From contig OZ024742.1 in NCBI GenBank assembly GCA_964016885.1, forward strand, positions 211,234,001 to 211,298,000: a stretch of DNA of 64,000 nucleotides. The letters run 5' to 3'. Positions 13,486 through 27,517 of this stretch are shown here, piece by piece. The DNA is from Eledone cirrhosa. Taxonomy: Eukaryota. The position numbers were made by a program, and so were the translations under genes. Numbering within the stretch: the first letter of the stretch is position 1; every line of letters starts with the position of its first letter. The notes below the pieces were generated by a model. The model ran no database searches. It saw nothing but the letters and a program-made list of their open reading frames with translations, and was not told the DNA's origin.

Positions 13486-14302
13486 CAGAGGTGGGGAACC
13501 TTTTCATATTGAAAGGCCACATTAAGTTACTTGTGATGTAATAACACCACATTCAAGAAACCATAATTATATATTTTTAAAATTTACATGAAAATTAATA
13601 TTTTATTCACAGTTGTATAAATAATGTTACAAATTGTTTATAATTCTTACAGAATGAAAATATAAACACAATTAATTATTGTTAGAAACCTTATAAATAT
13701 AATACATAAAAATATATAATCAAAACGAGAAAAAAAACATCAATTCAACACTAAGTGCGTCTATTGGTCACCCACCACAAGAGGCATCATAAATTTTTGA
13801 AGTAAGCCAGCATGCTCGCTGCATTACCATGGGTGATGGTAAAGCTAAGGCGCTGAAACAACCAAGCACCCTCGCGTGCTTGATCTGACACCTCGGTAAG
13901 GTGAGCCGCTAACGATGTCAAGAACTTCACTGTCAGCAGCCCAGCTTCACCAAACGTCTTGAACACCACAGGCTGGAAGAAATAGTTATTTGATAATTCC
14001 CAATATTTTAGGATATTATTCCATTCAGCAATGGAAGCAGTGACCCTCACATTTTTCACGGCATCTAGGATGTGGGACATTATTTTTTAAAAATCTAATT
14101 ACTATGTATCATTTATCTAAAAAACAGAAAAAATTTAATTTTGATGCTTGAAAATTTGAACTAAAACATGAGCAAACAGAAAGTTCTGAAAAGCCCTTAT
14201 AGTCTACAAATTTGTTGGAAATTTTTTATTTTTTCAAAAGGTCACACAGAATGACATAGATGACCACATGTGGCCCTTAACGTCATAAGTTTCCCATCTC
14301 TG
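13486..14302. mobile_element. hAT (Charlie-like) non-autonomous DNA transposon
   Basis: TIRs cagaggtggggaac / gtttcccatctctg; 8-bp TSD gtataaac/gtttaaac. Confidence 0.75.
13760..14080 (-). mobile_element. CRE-like non-LTR retrotransposon 3' fragment nested in the hAT element
   Basis: FQPVVFKTFG...REGAWLFQRLSFTITHGNAASML resembles the C-terminal restriction-like endonuclease end of CRE elements; homologous to 30340-30584. Confidence 0.6.
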
Positions 14303-15381
14303 GTTTAAACAATAGTATATCAAATTCAAGTTTCAAATGTTCTGTTTGAACAGAAACCTCTTAATTTTATGAATATTACAGCAGCAGCAGCAACAGCAAC
14401 AACAACAACAACCTGTTTCCAATTTAGGATAGACTGGTTGACAACAAAAGTAGAATAATATAAATAAAATGCTATATGTACTCTGGTTTTTAGAATAGGT
14501 ACACCTACAACACTGTATCCCTGCATATCATAAGAGGTAACTAAAATAGTTGGCATCAGGAAGAGCATGCGGCTGTATAATATTGTCTCAAAACATCCCA
14601 TCCAACCCATGCCAGGGTGGAAAGGTGGACATATAACGGTCATGATGATGATAAATATTTATTTTTTAAAAATGGTAAAAAATGGAAAGACTCATTTCTT
14701 CTATGTAAAAGATAAACAGCCATTGAAGACTGAAGTATTTTCTAGCTCAGATGAAATAGGTATAATCTAAGAAACTTATCTCCCCCCCCACCCCCACCCC
14801 ACTATAAAAAGATAAGTATGTATCATCTCCCTACACCCTCTCCACTATAAAAAGATAAGTCTGTATCATCTCCCTACACACTCTCCACTATAAAAAGTCT
14901 GTATTTGAATTAAATGTTGTTTGACTGTCTCTTCATCACTGTCAGTCAGAGGTGGAGAGATCTCCCAGATTGGTGAGATTGATGTTCAGCTTGAACATCT
15001 GGAGGTTGGTGTATGTAATAGAGATATAAGATGGGGAGGAATTCTAAAGTGTCGCAATTCTGCAGGGAACAGATTCTCTCTCAGGCTGTTAATGGTACCC
15101 TAGTGAGCCCAAGATTTCAACAGACACTCTCAAGACCACTGATTTACAGTTGGGCTACTTAGAAGGATCAATGCCGCAGTGACTGGAAATATTGACTCAT
15201 GCTCTCCTCTTTATGTTTCCCCATATGAAAATTGAAACCAAATGAAACTATGGAGCAATTTAAGAATCCCATGCATTAAATAGAATGAAACAATTAGTAA
15301 ATTGAATTCCACTGTTTAAAACAAACAGTATTGGTCAATCTAGAGAAAAGTTTTATAAACACAAAAATTAAAAGTACAAAC

Positions 15382-15445
15382 TATTTGTTTTTTCTTTTCA
15401 ATATTCCAGAGACGAACTTTTTTGTCATTGCCACCAGTAACAAAT
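15382..15445 (-). CDS. WDR88: WDR88-like exon 3
   Basis: cttcttttttttag| ... |gtttgt; phase 2 to 0; (E)FVTGGNDKKVRLWNIEKKKQI, which bridges exons 2 and 4 in frame. Confidence 0.8.
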
Positions 15446-16899
15446 CTAAAAAAAAGAAGGAAAGTACTGACATTTCATACAGTCAATTGAAATACATTTT
15501 AGACAAATTAAATATAAATCATATAAAACAGACATCTACAACATCGTTCAATGTGTCTTACTACAAACTAACTACTAAATTAATACTTCAAGATCTCTGG
15601 GCGGTAAATCCCCTTCAAAATAGGGGTCTAACATTTGATGTAACTTCTACAAGGAATACATTTTGAAATATTTATATGATTTTATACTAGAAAATAAATA
15701 TTTCCAAACCCCTGAAAGGAGCTTTAGGATTGATGTACCTAATGTCATGGTGTTAAGCAAATGACAAATAAATCTCCTACATAAGGATGCTGGACTCTCA
15801 CAGATGATATCTACAGGGATTTTTTGAGGTGCACTGAATTTAGGGCACTGCTCAAAGACAATAAAATTTCAGCAATAATTTTGAACTGATAGTCTAATTA
15901 ACTTAGTTATTTTATCTTTACAATTTCTTCTTGCTATAATTACATGAGAACAAATACTTTTCTGTGTTCAATAAAAAAATGATTCATAATTAGCTTTGCT
16001 TTAGAAGCTCTAGTCCAAAGTTAGTTTATCATCCATTTGCTGAGAAAATGATCAATATCGTCCCTCTAGAAATGTCTCCCCATATTCCTCACATGATAAA
16101 AGTCCACAACTCTGAAACAATTCAATTGTAGTTGAATTGCAAATGAAACTGCTAGTAAGATAAGGAGAAGGTCCTTCATCATCACCAACTGGGAAACATG
16201 TACAAACAATTTTAGGGTATAGAGGACTCTTAAGTCATGTCAGACAACCTCTCTAGTTCCATGCTGTAAAGTGGTTGGTGATAGGAAAGGCTTGCAACTA
16301 AGAAAAGAAATTGCCCCCACAAAAAATGAAAAGCACAACTTGTAACATACACACTAACTGTGAATACAGGACTAGTACTAATCAAAGTACATAGTGGTTG
16401 ATCTGTGTGCAAGAACGCTTTGACCATCATCAAGCAATCACACAACCACTTTTCCTTTCAGGTACAGAAAGCTGTTATCAAAAGACAACCCAACCACCAC
16501 CATCACTATCAGGTAACACATCCCAGGGATGCCATTCTTAATGTTGGCACACTGAAAGGTAGATCTGAAGAAATCATAGAGATGCTTGAGAGGAGACAAG
16601 TGATGTGTGCCATGTTCTGGCAGTGAGGTGGAGGAGAACATCAACCAACTAGTGACCTATGACTCTTATTTCCAATTTTCAAAATTTGTGGAAACAGTCA
16701 ATAATAACTACCACCTTTATCACTTCCAGGATTTCTCATTTCTCAGTGACAACAAATACAGTTTTTAAACTTTCACTCTCTTGTCACATAAGCTTTTAAT
16801 CCTTGAGAACTTTGATAAACGCATCATTAGTATCAGCAAAATGTTTCTCTGTCTGATATAAGAACCTCTTAGCTTAGTTTCTCAATTATAGGCTCCATC

Positions 16900-19200
16900 C
16901 ACCTCTTATCACTTGAATAGGCTACTCCATTGCATATCATATCAACTCTAGTGAACCCAAATATTAGCTTATACATGTATTGATGTTCAAACAAGATGGG
17001 TGGAGCTGTCTCTAACCAGTGCATCCACAGCATCACAAAGGGCACTCATATATGGCAATCACAAATGTCTGTCAGTAAAGATTCCAGCAGAAGACACCAT
17101 ATATGTGAGGACCAGATATTAGCTTAAGATTCAACATGTACATGCCAATCCACATTTTCAACTGCCAGCCTCACCATTGTGAAGTGTGTGACAAAACCAA
17201 TGGAGGTATCTTTTGAACATGAATTGCTGGAGGGAATCAATTCAGCAGCTGAATTTTGGAGTTTAACATAAAATCCAATGCACAATCAGAGAGGGTTCAG
17301 CAAAGGCAAAAATGACCAAAAACTTCCAACTTGAATAAATCCAATATTGTCATTGACCACATCTCACAGCTATATAGAAGGGTGGTGTGAACATGTGCTT
17401 GACAGATGTGGATTTCTGTGACCAGATAAATTTCTAATCTATACCAGAGATGGCTTTCAAGATGACAGAATGCAACATGTTGATACAGAAATCTATCCCA
17501 TCTTTACTTTGGCTTGTGGTAGAGGTGTTGCTGGGATACTTGAATTGATTGACTTCTTTTAGAATCTGAACATTGAGTATGACAAAGACTCTTTTAGAAG
17601 TTGAGATGCCAAGAGATAGTATTTTTGGTATGGATGCATTGATTTTCATGCCAACTAGCAATGTGTGGTCAGGGAGACATTTAATGGCGGATTGAAAATT
17701 GACATATTTATCACCAATTATCCCAAAGTTATCTGCATAATCAAGGTCAGTGATATGGAAGTCTTATCTCACAGTAACACCTAAAGAATCCTTCACGGCC
17801 TGCTCTACAATCTAATTGATGGCAAAATAGAATAGTTTTGGAAAGAGAGTACACAGCCCTGCTGGACACCTGAGTCAATTTCGAATTGGCCAGATTGCTC
17901 ACTGTAATAGCAAGTCTTTGCCTGTGTAGATCTGTAGTAGTCTTTTATTAGGATCAGCACCTTCACAGGCAACCCACGTGTGATTATGGTGTCTCAGAGT
18001 GTTTCCTGGCCAAACAGAATCAAAAGCTGCTGCAACATCCACAAAACAGATGATGGCTTGCTGATGGGAGCTCCAACATTATTCCAAAACCCTTTTCAAG
18101 TTGATGGTTTTATCTGAGCAATCTCGGCCACTAATTTGGTTAGGTGTGTTAATCACATTCATTTTGAAATCTTCATAGAAGAATGATAGTGAATATCTTG
18201 GTCACAATATCTACAACAGCACCTATTAGATTTCTTGAAGAAATAGAAAAGAACTCCATCACACCAGTCTTGTGAGAGAAGATTCCATGTCCCAGATGTA
18301 TGTGATCACATGGTGTAGACATGAGGTCAAAATATCAGAACAGATTTTGAAGAATTCAGTCTTGTTCTGCAGTTTTGGGATATCTTCATACACCTCCACA
18401 ACAGTTGGTGCATCCAATTTACATATGTAGAGTGTGGTGTTTGTGGAGTCTCAGTGTGTGTAGGTAGGCTGGTTGGCAGATGGGTCATAATTGACAAGAT
18501 TCATAAAATGCTCATGCTATTAGCTGAGATGCTCATCTAAGTTTCAAATAACTGTACCTTGGGCATAAAGGATCATTTAAATTGTGGTTGAGCAACACTT
18601 TGTGGTCAATTTTAGAAGTTGGTATAGTTTTCACAAAAGCCTGTGAGAAGCTGCTTACCCCATATCTAAAGTGATGGTGTGCCAGTATTCATTATTATAT
18701 GCATGAGCAGAGTAGACTGGCTGCCTTCTGAGAAACCTTTAATTTGTGGCACTACTGTTGAGGGCATGAGTGGACCTCTCAGTACGATACAGTATTTTCA
18801 ACTAAGCTAATTCTTGAGTCACTACCTCTTGTAGGCAGTGTTTGAGGTCGCACTAGTCATTTTCAGTTGTGGGTTCAATTTGTTCTAGTGTGTTGAAGCC
18901 ATCAAAATGGTTACACAGTTTTAGCTGAACACATGTGAAGGAGTCACTACATTTCAGTATCATACTTTTGGGCTTTGAAACACATGTGAACTTTCATCCA
19001 TACACAAGTATGATCTAAGCTGTTTTTACTGCCAGTGTCAACATCATAAGAAAATTAGCAGTCAATCATACAGCTGACGAAGCCAGATCAAACAAGGAGA
19101 TAGCCAATCTAACTGACCATGAAGCTGTTGTTTGAATATTATTGGGGCCATGGATATTTACTATCACTAACTGATTCACTAAAGTAAGGTTTACTAAGCA
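16900..19200 (-). mobile_element. Heavily decayed RTE-like LINE
   Basis: Minus-strand remnants DLDYADN, VGMKINAS, EVNQFKY and CFVDVAAAFDS. Confidence 0.6.
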
Positions 19201-19350
19201 TTTGCTATTAGTGCATCAATGAATGACTGTGAACTTACTAAGGATTCATCTATTGCTTGTAACACCTTTTCCTGTTAGGATTTCCAGTTGTCTGTGACAA
19301 TGAGACACTGGAGGATATCCTGTTGACAGCTACCCGGAGGTTACTGTAGA

Positions 19351-20560
19351 TCATCATCATCATCACCGTTTTACATCCGTTCTTCCACGCTAGCATGGGT
19401 TAGACGGGTTGTCCTGTTGTGGGCAGTGTCTGGTCGGCTGACCATGCCTTGCTCATACAGGAACTGATTTGGCTTGATTTCTACAGCTGGATGCCCTTCC
19501 TAACACCAACCTCATTTACAGTGAGTGCTGGGTGCTTTTTCGTGGCGCCTACATGTCCACTTTACAGTGTGGGCTGGGTGCTTTTTTGCCGTGGCACCTC
19601 CACGACCACCTTGCAGTGGGAGGGTGTGGGGGCATATTGTCTATAAGCTTCAGCTTGTACCTATGGGAGGTCAGGTACTCTGTATTACTGCGTGACGCCA
19701 GAGGTCGCGTTCGGGTGTCATCGCCTTTGAGAGGTGTAATTAGGTAAGGTCGGCTTTTATCACTTCATCCCAGGTCATCTTGGGTCTCCCCACTCCGCAG
19801 TTTCCATCGACTTCTAGTGCTCTGCACCTTTTTATGCAGCTGTCATCCTTCATACGCATCACATGTCCATACCAACACAACCGCCTCTCCTGCACACAGC
19901 ATTTGATTCCTCTTATGCTCAGTCTCTCTCTCAATTCATTTATGCTTTGTCGGTCGCGTATATTACTATTACACATCCATCGGAGAATGCAGGCTTCGTT
20001 TCTCTCTAATCTACGTAAGTCTTCCACCTTCAGCGCGCAGGTCTCACTACCATGTAACATTGCTGTTCGGATACACGCATCATAGTCTGCCTTTCATTTT
20101 GATGGGGAAGCCTTTTGCAGCTAGCAGTGGCAGTAGTTCCCTGAACTTCTTCCATCCCGTTCTTACCCTAGTTATTGTACTTTCTGAACACCCACCTCCG
20201 CTGCTAATTCTGTCACCTAGGTAGCAGAAGCTGTCTACTGTCTCTACAAAGCCCTCCCAGAGATTGGTGGTACTTGTTTCCTGTGGCTGTTTGCTGCTGC
20301 TGTCCCAGTACAGCTGCTGCATGTGAAGCCTTCATTCTTAATTAAGCTTCCTGAGATCCCGCTACATCTCTTGTGTACCCATTGTTTGCATTTGGGGCAG
20401 AGAATGGAGTTCCTACCTACACCTTTCCTACATACTGAGCAAGGCCATTTCCCTGAGGGGATCTGGGTTCTGTTTTCTCGTCTACTTACAAGGACCTTAG
20501 TCTTTGTCATGTTGACTTTGAGACCCTTTCTTTCTAGTCCCTGCTTCCAAGTTTGATACA
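19351..20560 (-). mobile_element. 5'-truncated RTE LINE
   Basis: ORFs 20244-20582, 20080-20322 and 19740-20060 closely match the RTE at 599; (atc)n tail at 19351. Confidence 0.9.
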
Positions 20561-20999
20561 TATTTGATACAAATTGATACATAGATTGCTATGACTGAAA
20601 TGTTATATAAAGTACCTTTTAAATGTATCCAACTAAGTGGGGAAATAGGTGGTCTCAGCACAACAGAGATGTGTTGGCCTTCTCATTGAGGTCAAAGGTC
20701 ACACCATGCCACCTAGAATCATTGTCAACATCACTATAATATAAGTAGTAGTCAACTGAGGATTGATGAATGTTAAGAGATTGATGGCCAAAGTCAGGTC
20801 ATCTCACTTCAGAGAAACACAGAACACCTACTCTGTACTGATATAACATATGCATGATTAGCATTTGCATTTCTACTGCCATCAACGTTTGTATGTTTTA
20901 GCATGTGAATAAATATCTTTCCCTGCAGGCTAACAGTCCAGCTTGCAGATTTATTACTTACTCTATTAGAAGAACAAGCACATTAGCTCCCACTGATGC

Positions 21000-21185
21000 C
21001 ACATTGGCAGTATCAGTAGAGAGTCGGACACCATGCTTTGCAGCATAGAGTTGCGACCCTTTATGATCTGAGTTCAAATCCTGCTGAAGTTAACTTAGCC
21101 TTTCATTCTTACGGGGTTGATAAAATAAAGCACCAGTATTATACTGGGATAATTGCTGGCTTTGTGCCAAAAGTAGAAACAATTA
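21000..21185 (+). mobile_element. tRNA-derived SINE
   Basis: ttggcagtatcagtagagagtcggacaccatgc...gagttcaaatcc...gtagaaacaatta. Confidence 0.8.
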
Positions 21186-22100
21186 TTCATATCAGATTTC
21201 CACATAACTGCATTATGAGGATTCATTAGAGATAAGGGTTATGCAAGCAGTCTCCTGCAACAAGCATACACACTTTGGGAATGTAGTCCATAACAGGACT
21301 CCTTGCCACTGAATGTCGACAGTTACAGGGCTAGTTGTGTCTCTAACACTTATTCTAAACATTAATGACCTTATTACAATAATTTCTATGTAAATTTTTA
21401 TGTAAATTAAACTTTCCTTTACTCCTTAATTTTCCACATACAGACACATCACACTGTATTGATTCTATGAACCTTAAATCTATCTTGAACTAAGACATTA
21501 TCTCTTTCAGAAGCTCTTTTAATACACAATTGCTACACATATCTGTAGTGAAGCTACTTGCTTTTGGCGTATTAATAAGCTATCCGTGCGTGATTTAGTT
21601 AAGTCAGGCCAATCGTAAGCCGCGCATGGATATATATTTCAATTTCTGCCCAAACAAAGATTTTCCCACTTCTTTCATATATACTCTCTCTTGCTGCTTT
21701 AATCGTAGAAAGATAAACACCATTTTTATCTTTTGCCGTTTGACCACTAGCCAATATGTAACGACAACAACACAATTTCAGCCTGGACAGCACCTCGGCC
21801 AATAAACCATACCTTGCTCGGCTTAAAACTCTTAATTTTGTTTGTTACTGTTTGTTTGACATGCCAGCTCAACTCAACTCTTTGTAATTAATTGTAAATA
21901 AAAACATGTAAAAATGTTATCGAAGACTTACAACTACTTCAACAAACATTCACTTCTCTCACACATAATATACGTAACATTTCTAGCCATAACAAATAAC
22001 CTAACAACTCCTCGTGTTCTAAAAGCAACATGCAACAACTACTTTATTGATACTTCAATACCCCGTGTACTATCATCTACAACACACAGCCATATTTACA

Positions 22101-22344
22101 AATGCATATGGAGTGTGTGATGAAATACTGTTTCTTTGATATATAGCAGGAAAATAATATTATGCCATGTTGGCATAATATTAATAAGAAAATTTATTTA
22201 TGCCGTGTTGGCACATTAAGAATAACAGCCTCTTATTCTTAATGTGCCAACACGGCATAAATAAATTTTCCTATTAATATTATGCCAACATGGCATATTA
22301 TTAGTTTCCAGAAACAGTATTTCATCACACACTCCATATGCATT
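22101..22344. mobile_element. Foldback/MITE-like palindrome
   Basis: A perfect 35-bp terminal inverted repeat (aatgcatatggagtgtgtgatgaaatactgtttct) and an inverted interior centred at about 22228. Confidence 0.75.
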
Positions 22345-23242
22345 AACAACACACAGCTAAAAGTCTTTACAATTTCTTGTAAACACTCATATAAATTACA
22401 TTGGAAAAAGTGCATTTCAAAGAATAAGTTTCTCTCTCTTCAGTGCTAGATAATGCTTCAGTCCTGATCACTTGCTAGCCACCAACTCACATATATAGGA
22501 TAGTGTTTGCTACAATAAACAAACATCCTAAACTGCATCACAAAGATGACCATCTGACTAACTTACAAAGACTCTCTCTTCAACCACTAAGTCATAGAAA
22601 AGCTGTTTTTCTTCTTGCTTATTCTTCTACTACAAAAGCCTTTTGCACCTCTGAAATGGAAAGTTAACATATTACCTCAACCAAAACCTTTCAATCATTA
22701 TCCTGTCTAAATGTTTCCCACAAAACACTTTCTTCAATCTCTTCTTTCCACAATTTTCTCACTACTTAAATTTTTCCTATAAATATCAGCCTACAAAAGG
22801 TCAGATTGATGGGAGTGAAAAAGGCTACTCTGTCACAATGTCCCTCTTTATTCAACTAAATGATAAAAAATTTAAGATTCCGAAATGGATTAGTGCCTTT
22901 ATAAATAGGTAAATTGAGTAGAATGCATTATATATATTTAAGAGTCCAAAGAATTTTTTTAAATGTAGTTTTATACTCATTCTTAGCATCCCAGCAGCAT
23001 TAACAGCACAGTTTTCTCACCTCTATCAGTTTCCCATTAATTAATCCAAAGCTAATATACCTTATTAGTTATAAGTTATTACTAATGATTGCTATAGGAT
23101 AACAATATTAGTCATCTTAACACAGAAACAACAAATATATTTCTGGGGACAAAGTGTTTAAAAAATGCTTATGCCTTTCTACATCTATTTCTATACAAAC
23201 AATGCCACTAATTTTGCTTAAGATTTGTCCATCACATAATTT

Positions 23243-23640
23243 TTTTACAATAACTAAATCTTATCTATATTCTATTAATATGAGTGATGAGTGATAAGTA
23301 TGTCTGAACTGTAGGGTGGTGGTAAGCTCCTGAAAAGCCATATTTACAATAACTAAATCTTATCTATATTCTATTAATATGAGTGATAAGTGATAAGTAT
23401 GTCTGAACTGTAGGGTGGTGGTAAGCTCCTGAAAAGCCATATTTACAATAACTAAATCTTATCTATATTCTATTAATATGAGTGATAAGTGATAAGTATG
23501 TCTGAACTGTAGGGTGGTGGTAAGCTCCTGAAAAGCCATATTTACAATAACTAAATCTTATCTATATTCTATTAATATGAGTGATAAGTATGTCTGAACT
23601 GTAGGGTGGTGGTAAGCTCCTGAAAAGCCATATTTACAAT
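23243..23640. repeat. Tandem repeat, 4 x ~99 bp
   Basis: Unit tttacaataactaaatcttatc...gtagggtggtggtaagctcctgaaaagccata. Confidence 0.95.
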
Positions 23641-24555
23641 TTAGTTTCGATTACTAGTCAAGCTGTTTATTTAAATTGCTTTTTTTCCTCTCTGGTTAGT
23701 ATGGTTGACACCTCTTACTTGCAATGGCTCTTTTAAATTCATTGGAATGTAGTGCAAAAGAGAACCAAAGATATAGTCTTTGGCAACATGATAATGCTTC
23801 ATTCTTTTTCCATTAGTGCTGAGTACCTTAGTACTCAAGGCAAGCTCACATGTACTCGGTTCTTATCCATAGATGAAACCTTTCTTTTCTAATGCAGTTA
23901 ATACTCTTGAGAAAGGTTTCAATGTCACAACTTCTTCATTGTGATGCTTGATGCAGCAATAATGTCCTTGCTGAGTTTGATGTGTTGGAGTTATTTCAAT
24001 TAAAGTTTGGCCAAATGCATACTCCAGGTTTCAAATTGTATGACAAAGCAGCCAGAATATTAGGGAAGGGAGGGGGGACTTAGCTATTTCTACTGTTTTC
24101 TGATATAAACGGTTTTAATGGTAAATTAAGTTGATGGTTATTTTAGTTTTGCTGCTGTAGGTGGTTTTATATGCTTGACTTTTTTTCATACTGATTTATC
24201 TACAGCCATAGCAACACAAATGCAATGAGCCTAACCTTGTATTAGATAAGAAATGATTATGAAAATACATGCCTGTGCTGTCCCCTCAATTATAGATATC
24301 ATCATCATCGTTTTACATCAATTTTTCCACACTAGCATGGGTTGTCTCAGTAAATTAGCAAATTTAGCAGCTTTAAAAGTACAGACACTTCTGAATCAAT
24401 AAAGCAATGTTCTATAGAAGCAACGTTCAATAAAGCAATGTTCTATAGAAGCAATGTTCAATAAAGCAATGTTCTATAGAAGATTTTTGCCATCAGAAAC
24501 TATTTTACATACGTCAATGTAATATCAATTTTTCAGAAAATTTAATGTAACTTAC

Positions 24556-24755
24556 TCCATATCATTTGGATTAACATGACCACATCGCATACCTTTAGTG
24601 GTGGGCTCTAGAAATGTTTCAACACATTTATTTGTTGAAGAGTTCCAAAGTTTTGCAGTTTTGTCATCTGAACAACTGAATACTAATTTATCTTCATTGG
24701 TGAATTGGCAGTAATTGACAGAAGACAGGTGTCCATTAAAAGTTTTGGATGTAAT
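24556..24755 (-). CDS. WDR88: WDR88-like exon 2
   Basis: atgcag| ... |gtaagt; phase 0 to 2; ITSKTFNGHLSSVNYCQFTNEDKLVFSCSDDKTAKLWN..., a clear GH...WN WD40 repeat. Confidence 0.88.
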
Positions 24756-25310
24756 CTGCATTAAAATAATGTTATAGTTTTAAAAGAAAATACTACATAC
24801 ACTTTCTTTCAACATCTTATATTCACTTTTCCACACCAGCAAGGTTTGGTTGGAAACATTTTCAAAAATCGTTTATAAAAAATTTTACAGTTGGATATCT
24901 TTCACAGCTACTACCAATAACCGTTTTTCATATTGGCCAAAATTGTTAAATAGAATAGTATGTCTTGCCTAAAGTGAAATCTTACTATTTTACTCCTCAT
25001 GATGCTTCTCAAGGAATAATTCAGTAAGAATACAGTGTACGAAAGTGAACTATTGAAAGTCCTATGGCTTTATGAAGAGATAATAAAGTTGGATAAATCA
25101 ATAGTTTTATTCTTAGTTTGCAGCTAAAAAACTGCTTCACAACATATTCCCGCCTTTTCCACCCACTTTTAGAATTCCATTTTGTTAAAATGACTCTGCG
25201 TTAATAGACATACACTCAACAGTGTCCAGAGATATTCCTCATCAGATTATTGTAATTATGTTATATGAGTTGTCTCCCTTAACATGCCCCTATATATATA
25301 TATATATATA

Positions 25311-25357
<47 letters not shown>

Positions 25358-25428
25358 GAATAATCGAGTATCGGAAAATCAGCTCACGAATTAACGATAA
25401 ACAATATCCGATATGATATTGTTTATCG

Positions 25429-25469
<41 letters not shown>

Positions 25470-25470
<1 letters not shown>

Positions 25471-26680
25471 CATCATCATCATTTTACGTCCGCTCTTCCC
25501 TGCTTGCAAGGGTGGGACATTGCAAACATTGGCAAACCTCCTACTCTCAGCCTCCCTGCGTGTTAAGTACACCTGACGTCTAGCTTCTCTCTTAGCGGCT
25601 GTATATCCTTCCCTACACCCACCCTTTTTCCAAGCCTTCCATGCTAGTCTTTTGTCTCTAATGGCCTTATCTACTGTGCTGTTCCACCACCAGGTCACTC
25701 TCTGTCTGGTTGGAGCTCTGCTCCAGCCACAAGTTTCATCAGTAGCCTGCAGTAAGTTGTCACGTAAGAAATTCCAGTTATTATCTGTCATACGTCTCTA
25801 AATCGTCTTCTTTTTCGTCATACACATCTTGAAGGGCTTTCCTAAATTTGTATTTTAGTGAAAGGTCTTTTAGCTTCCAGACCTTTCTTCTCCACACCTT
25901 CCTGTATGTCTCATTACATCTCTTGCTTACTGAGATATCACTAACGACTAACCTATGCTGTGGGGTACATTCTTCACTAGGGTATGCCTTGGTATTAGAC
26001 ACTATCTGCCTGTCCCGCTGCCTAACTAGTAAGAAGTCAATCTGGCTTATGTGCTCGCTAGATTTGTAGGTTATTAGGTGGTTAGCAGGTTTCTGGAAGT
26101 TTGTGTTGCAAATAGTCAGTGTACTTGCATCACAGAATTCAAGAAGTCTTACTCCTTCTTCATTTCTTGAGTCGTAACCGTGCCCACCATGTACCCCAGT
26201 GTAACCATCCTGGAGCTGTCTAACATGACCATTGAAGTCGCCTGCTAGCATAACAATGTCTCCGTCCTCTGTCATTGCGGTTGTTTGTGAAAGTTGCTCG
26301 TAAAAGCAGTCTTTCTCTTCTTTGCCTAGGCCTGCTTGGGGAGCATAGGCAGAGATGATTGTCAGTAGTCTCCTGCCTACAACTAATCTAAGCTTAATTA
26401 TTCGATTACTAACTCGAACTACCTCTATTGTCTTATTGATCCATCTCTCAGTCAGGAAAATGCCTATTCCCCCAACCCATCATCCTTACCTACCCAGAAA
26501 AGCTTATAGCTAAGATGTTTGCCTACAACTAGTCTCGCAGAGGCACCTCTCCATCTCACCTCTTGCACACATCCACATACCTTCTCTCTAGCATCTCCGC
26601 TATTTCAGCAGATCTACCTCCGAGAGTGCCAACATTAAGTGTTGCAACTCTGAGATGCGACGTCTTCATATTTTGTTGTT
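25470..26680 (-). mobile_element. Internally deleted RTE LINE (APE endonuclease joined to the 3' tail)
   Basis: APE motifs LNVGTL, ISAYAPQ, AGDFNGH and QIDFLL, then WWWN; the (atc)n tail with the RTE 3' end is at about 25470-25520. Confidence 0.85.
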
Positions 26681-27050
26681 GTTCCTATCTATTTGTTGCT
26701 GTGCTGATAAGCGTTTTGGCATTGATACACTGGTTGGATGCCCTTCCTAACACCAGCGCCACTTTACAGCACAGACTGGGTGCTTTTATTTGTGCCACCA
26801 GCACTAGAGAGGATGCCTTACTAGACTCAAGGGCCCTCTCTACCCCTCCATTTTACAACATGGTCATAAAAAAAACAAAAAAAACCCACTTATTGACACG
26901 ACACGCACACACACACACTCACACACCAACACTCATGCACACAAACTACAAACACACACGCCACTCACACAACAACACTCATGCATACAAACACACACAC
27001 CACTCACACACACATACATATATATATATTACCGTCATATATATATTACC

Positions 27051-27083
<33 letters not shown>

Positions 27084-27216
27084 GAAATAACCACGGTTAG
27101 TTGTGGTGTCTAGTCTGCATGAAGAACTCATTGTAATCCATATGCTGAAAATGTTGTAGGTTAAAATAAATCCCGGTAAACAATAAAACATCAAAAGGAA
27201 AACAGTTAAAGAAAAA

Positions 27217-27517
27217 ATAAGTTAAAACAATGAAATAAAAATTCAAGTCATTAGAAATATACTTCACTTCTTTACGATCATTTCTAGGTGATAATAATAC
27301 ATCAAACGTATATTTCGTTATCGATCTATTTCATTGCTTTTGACAACGGCTGATGATATACATGTAGGTAAATATATTCCTTATTTTATATTGTGTAACT
27401 AACCCTACATAGATCGATAACGAAATATGCGTACGTATATTATCACCAAGAAACGATCGTAAAGCAGTGAAGTATATTTCTAATGACTTGAATTTTTATT
27501 TCATTGTTTTAACTTAT
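27217..27517. repeat. Inverted repeat (~110-bp arms) with a degenerate hammerhead-like motif, probably a Penelope pseudo-LTR
   Basis: Arms at about 27217-27329 and 27408-27517; GAAACGATCGTA at 27450-27461. Confidence 0.6.

Noticed and set aside
23021-23100. Candidate WD40 exon ending NGKLIE|gtgaga
   Set aside because: It has a stop in the required phase; the linking exon is 15382-15445.
23243-23640. Four 99-bp repeats as a possible array with function
   Set aside because: A plain tandem duplication with no spacers or recognisable motif.
25389-25434. Perfect 20-bp hairpin between (TA)n tracts
   Set aside because: Too short to assign; probably a scar of a Penelope-type inversion.
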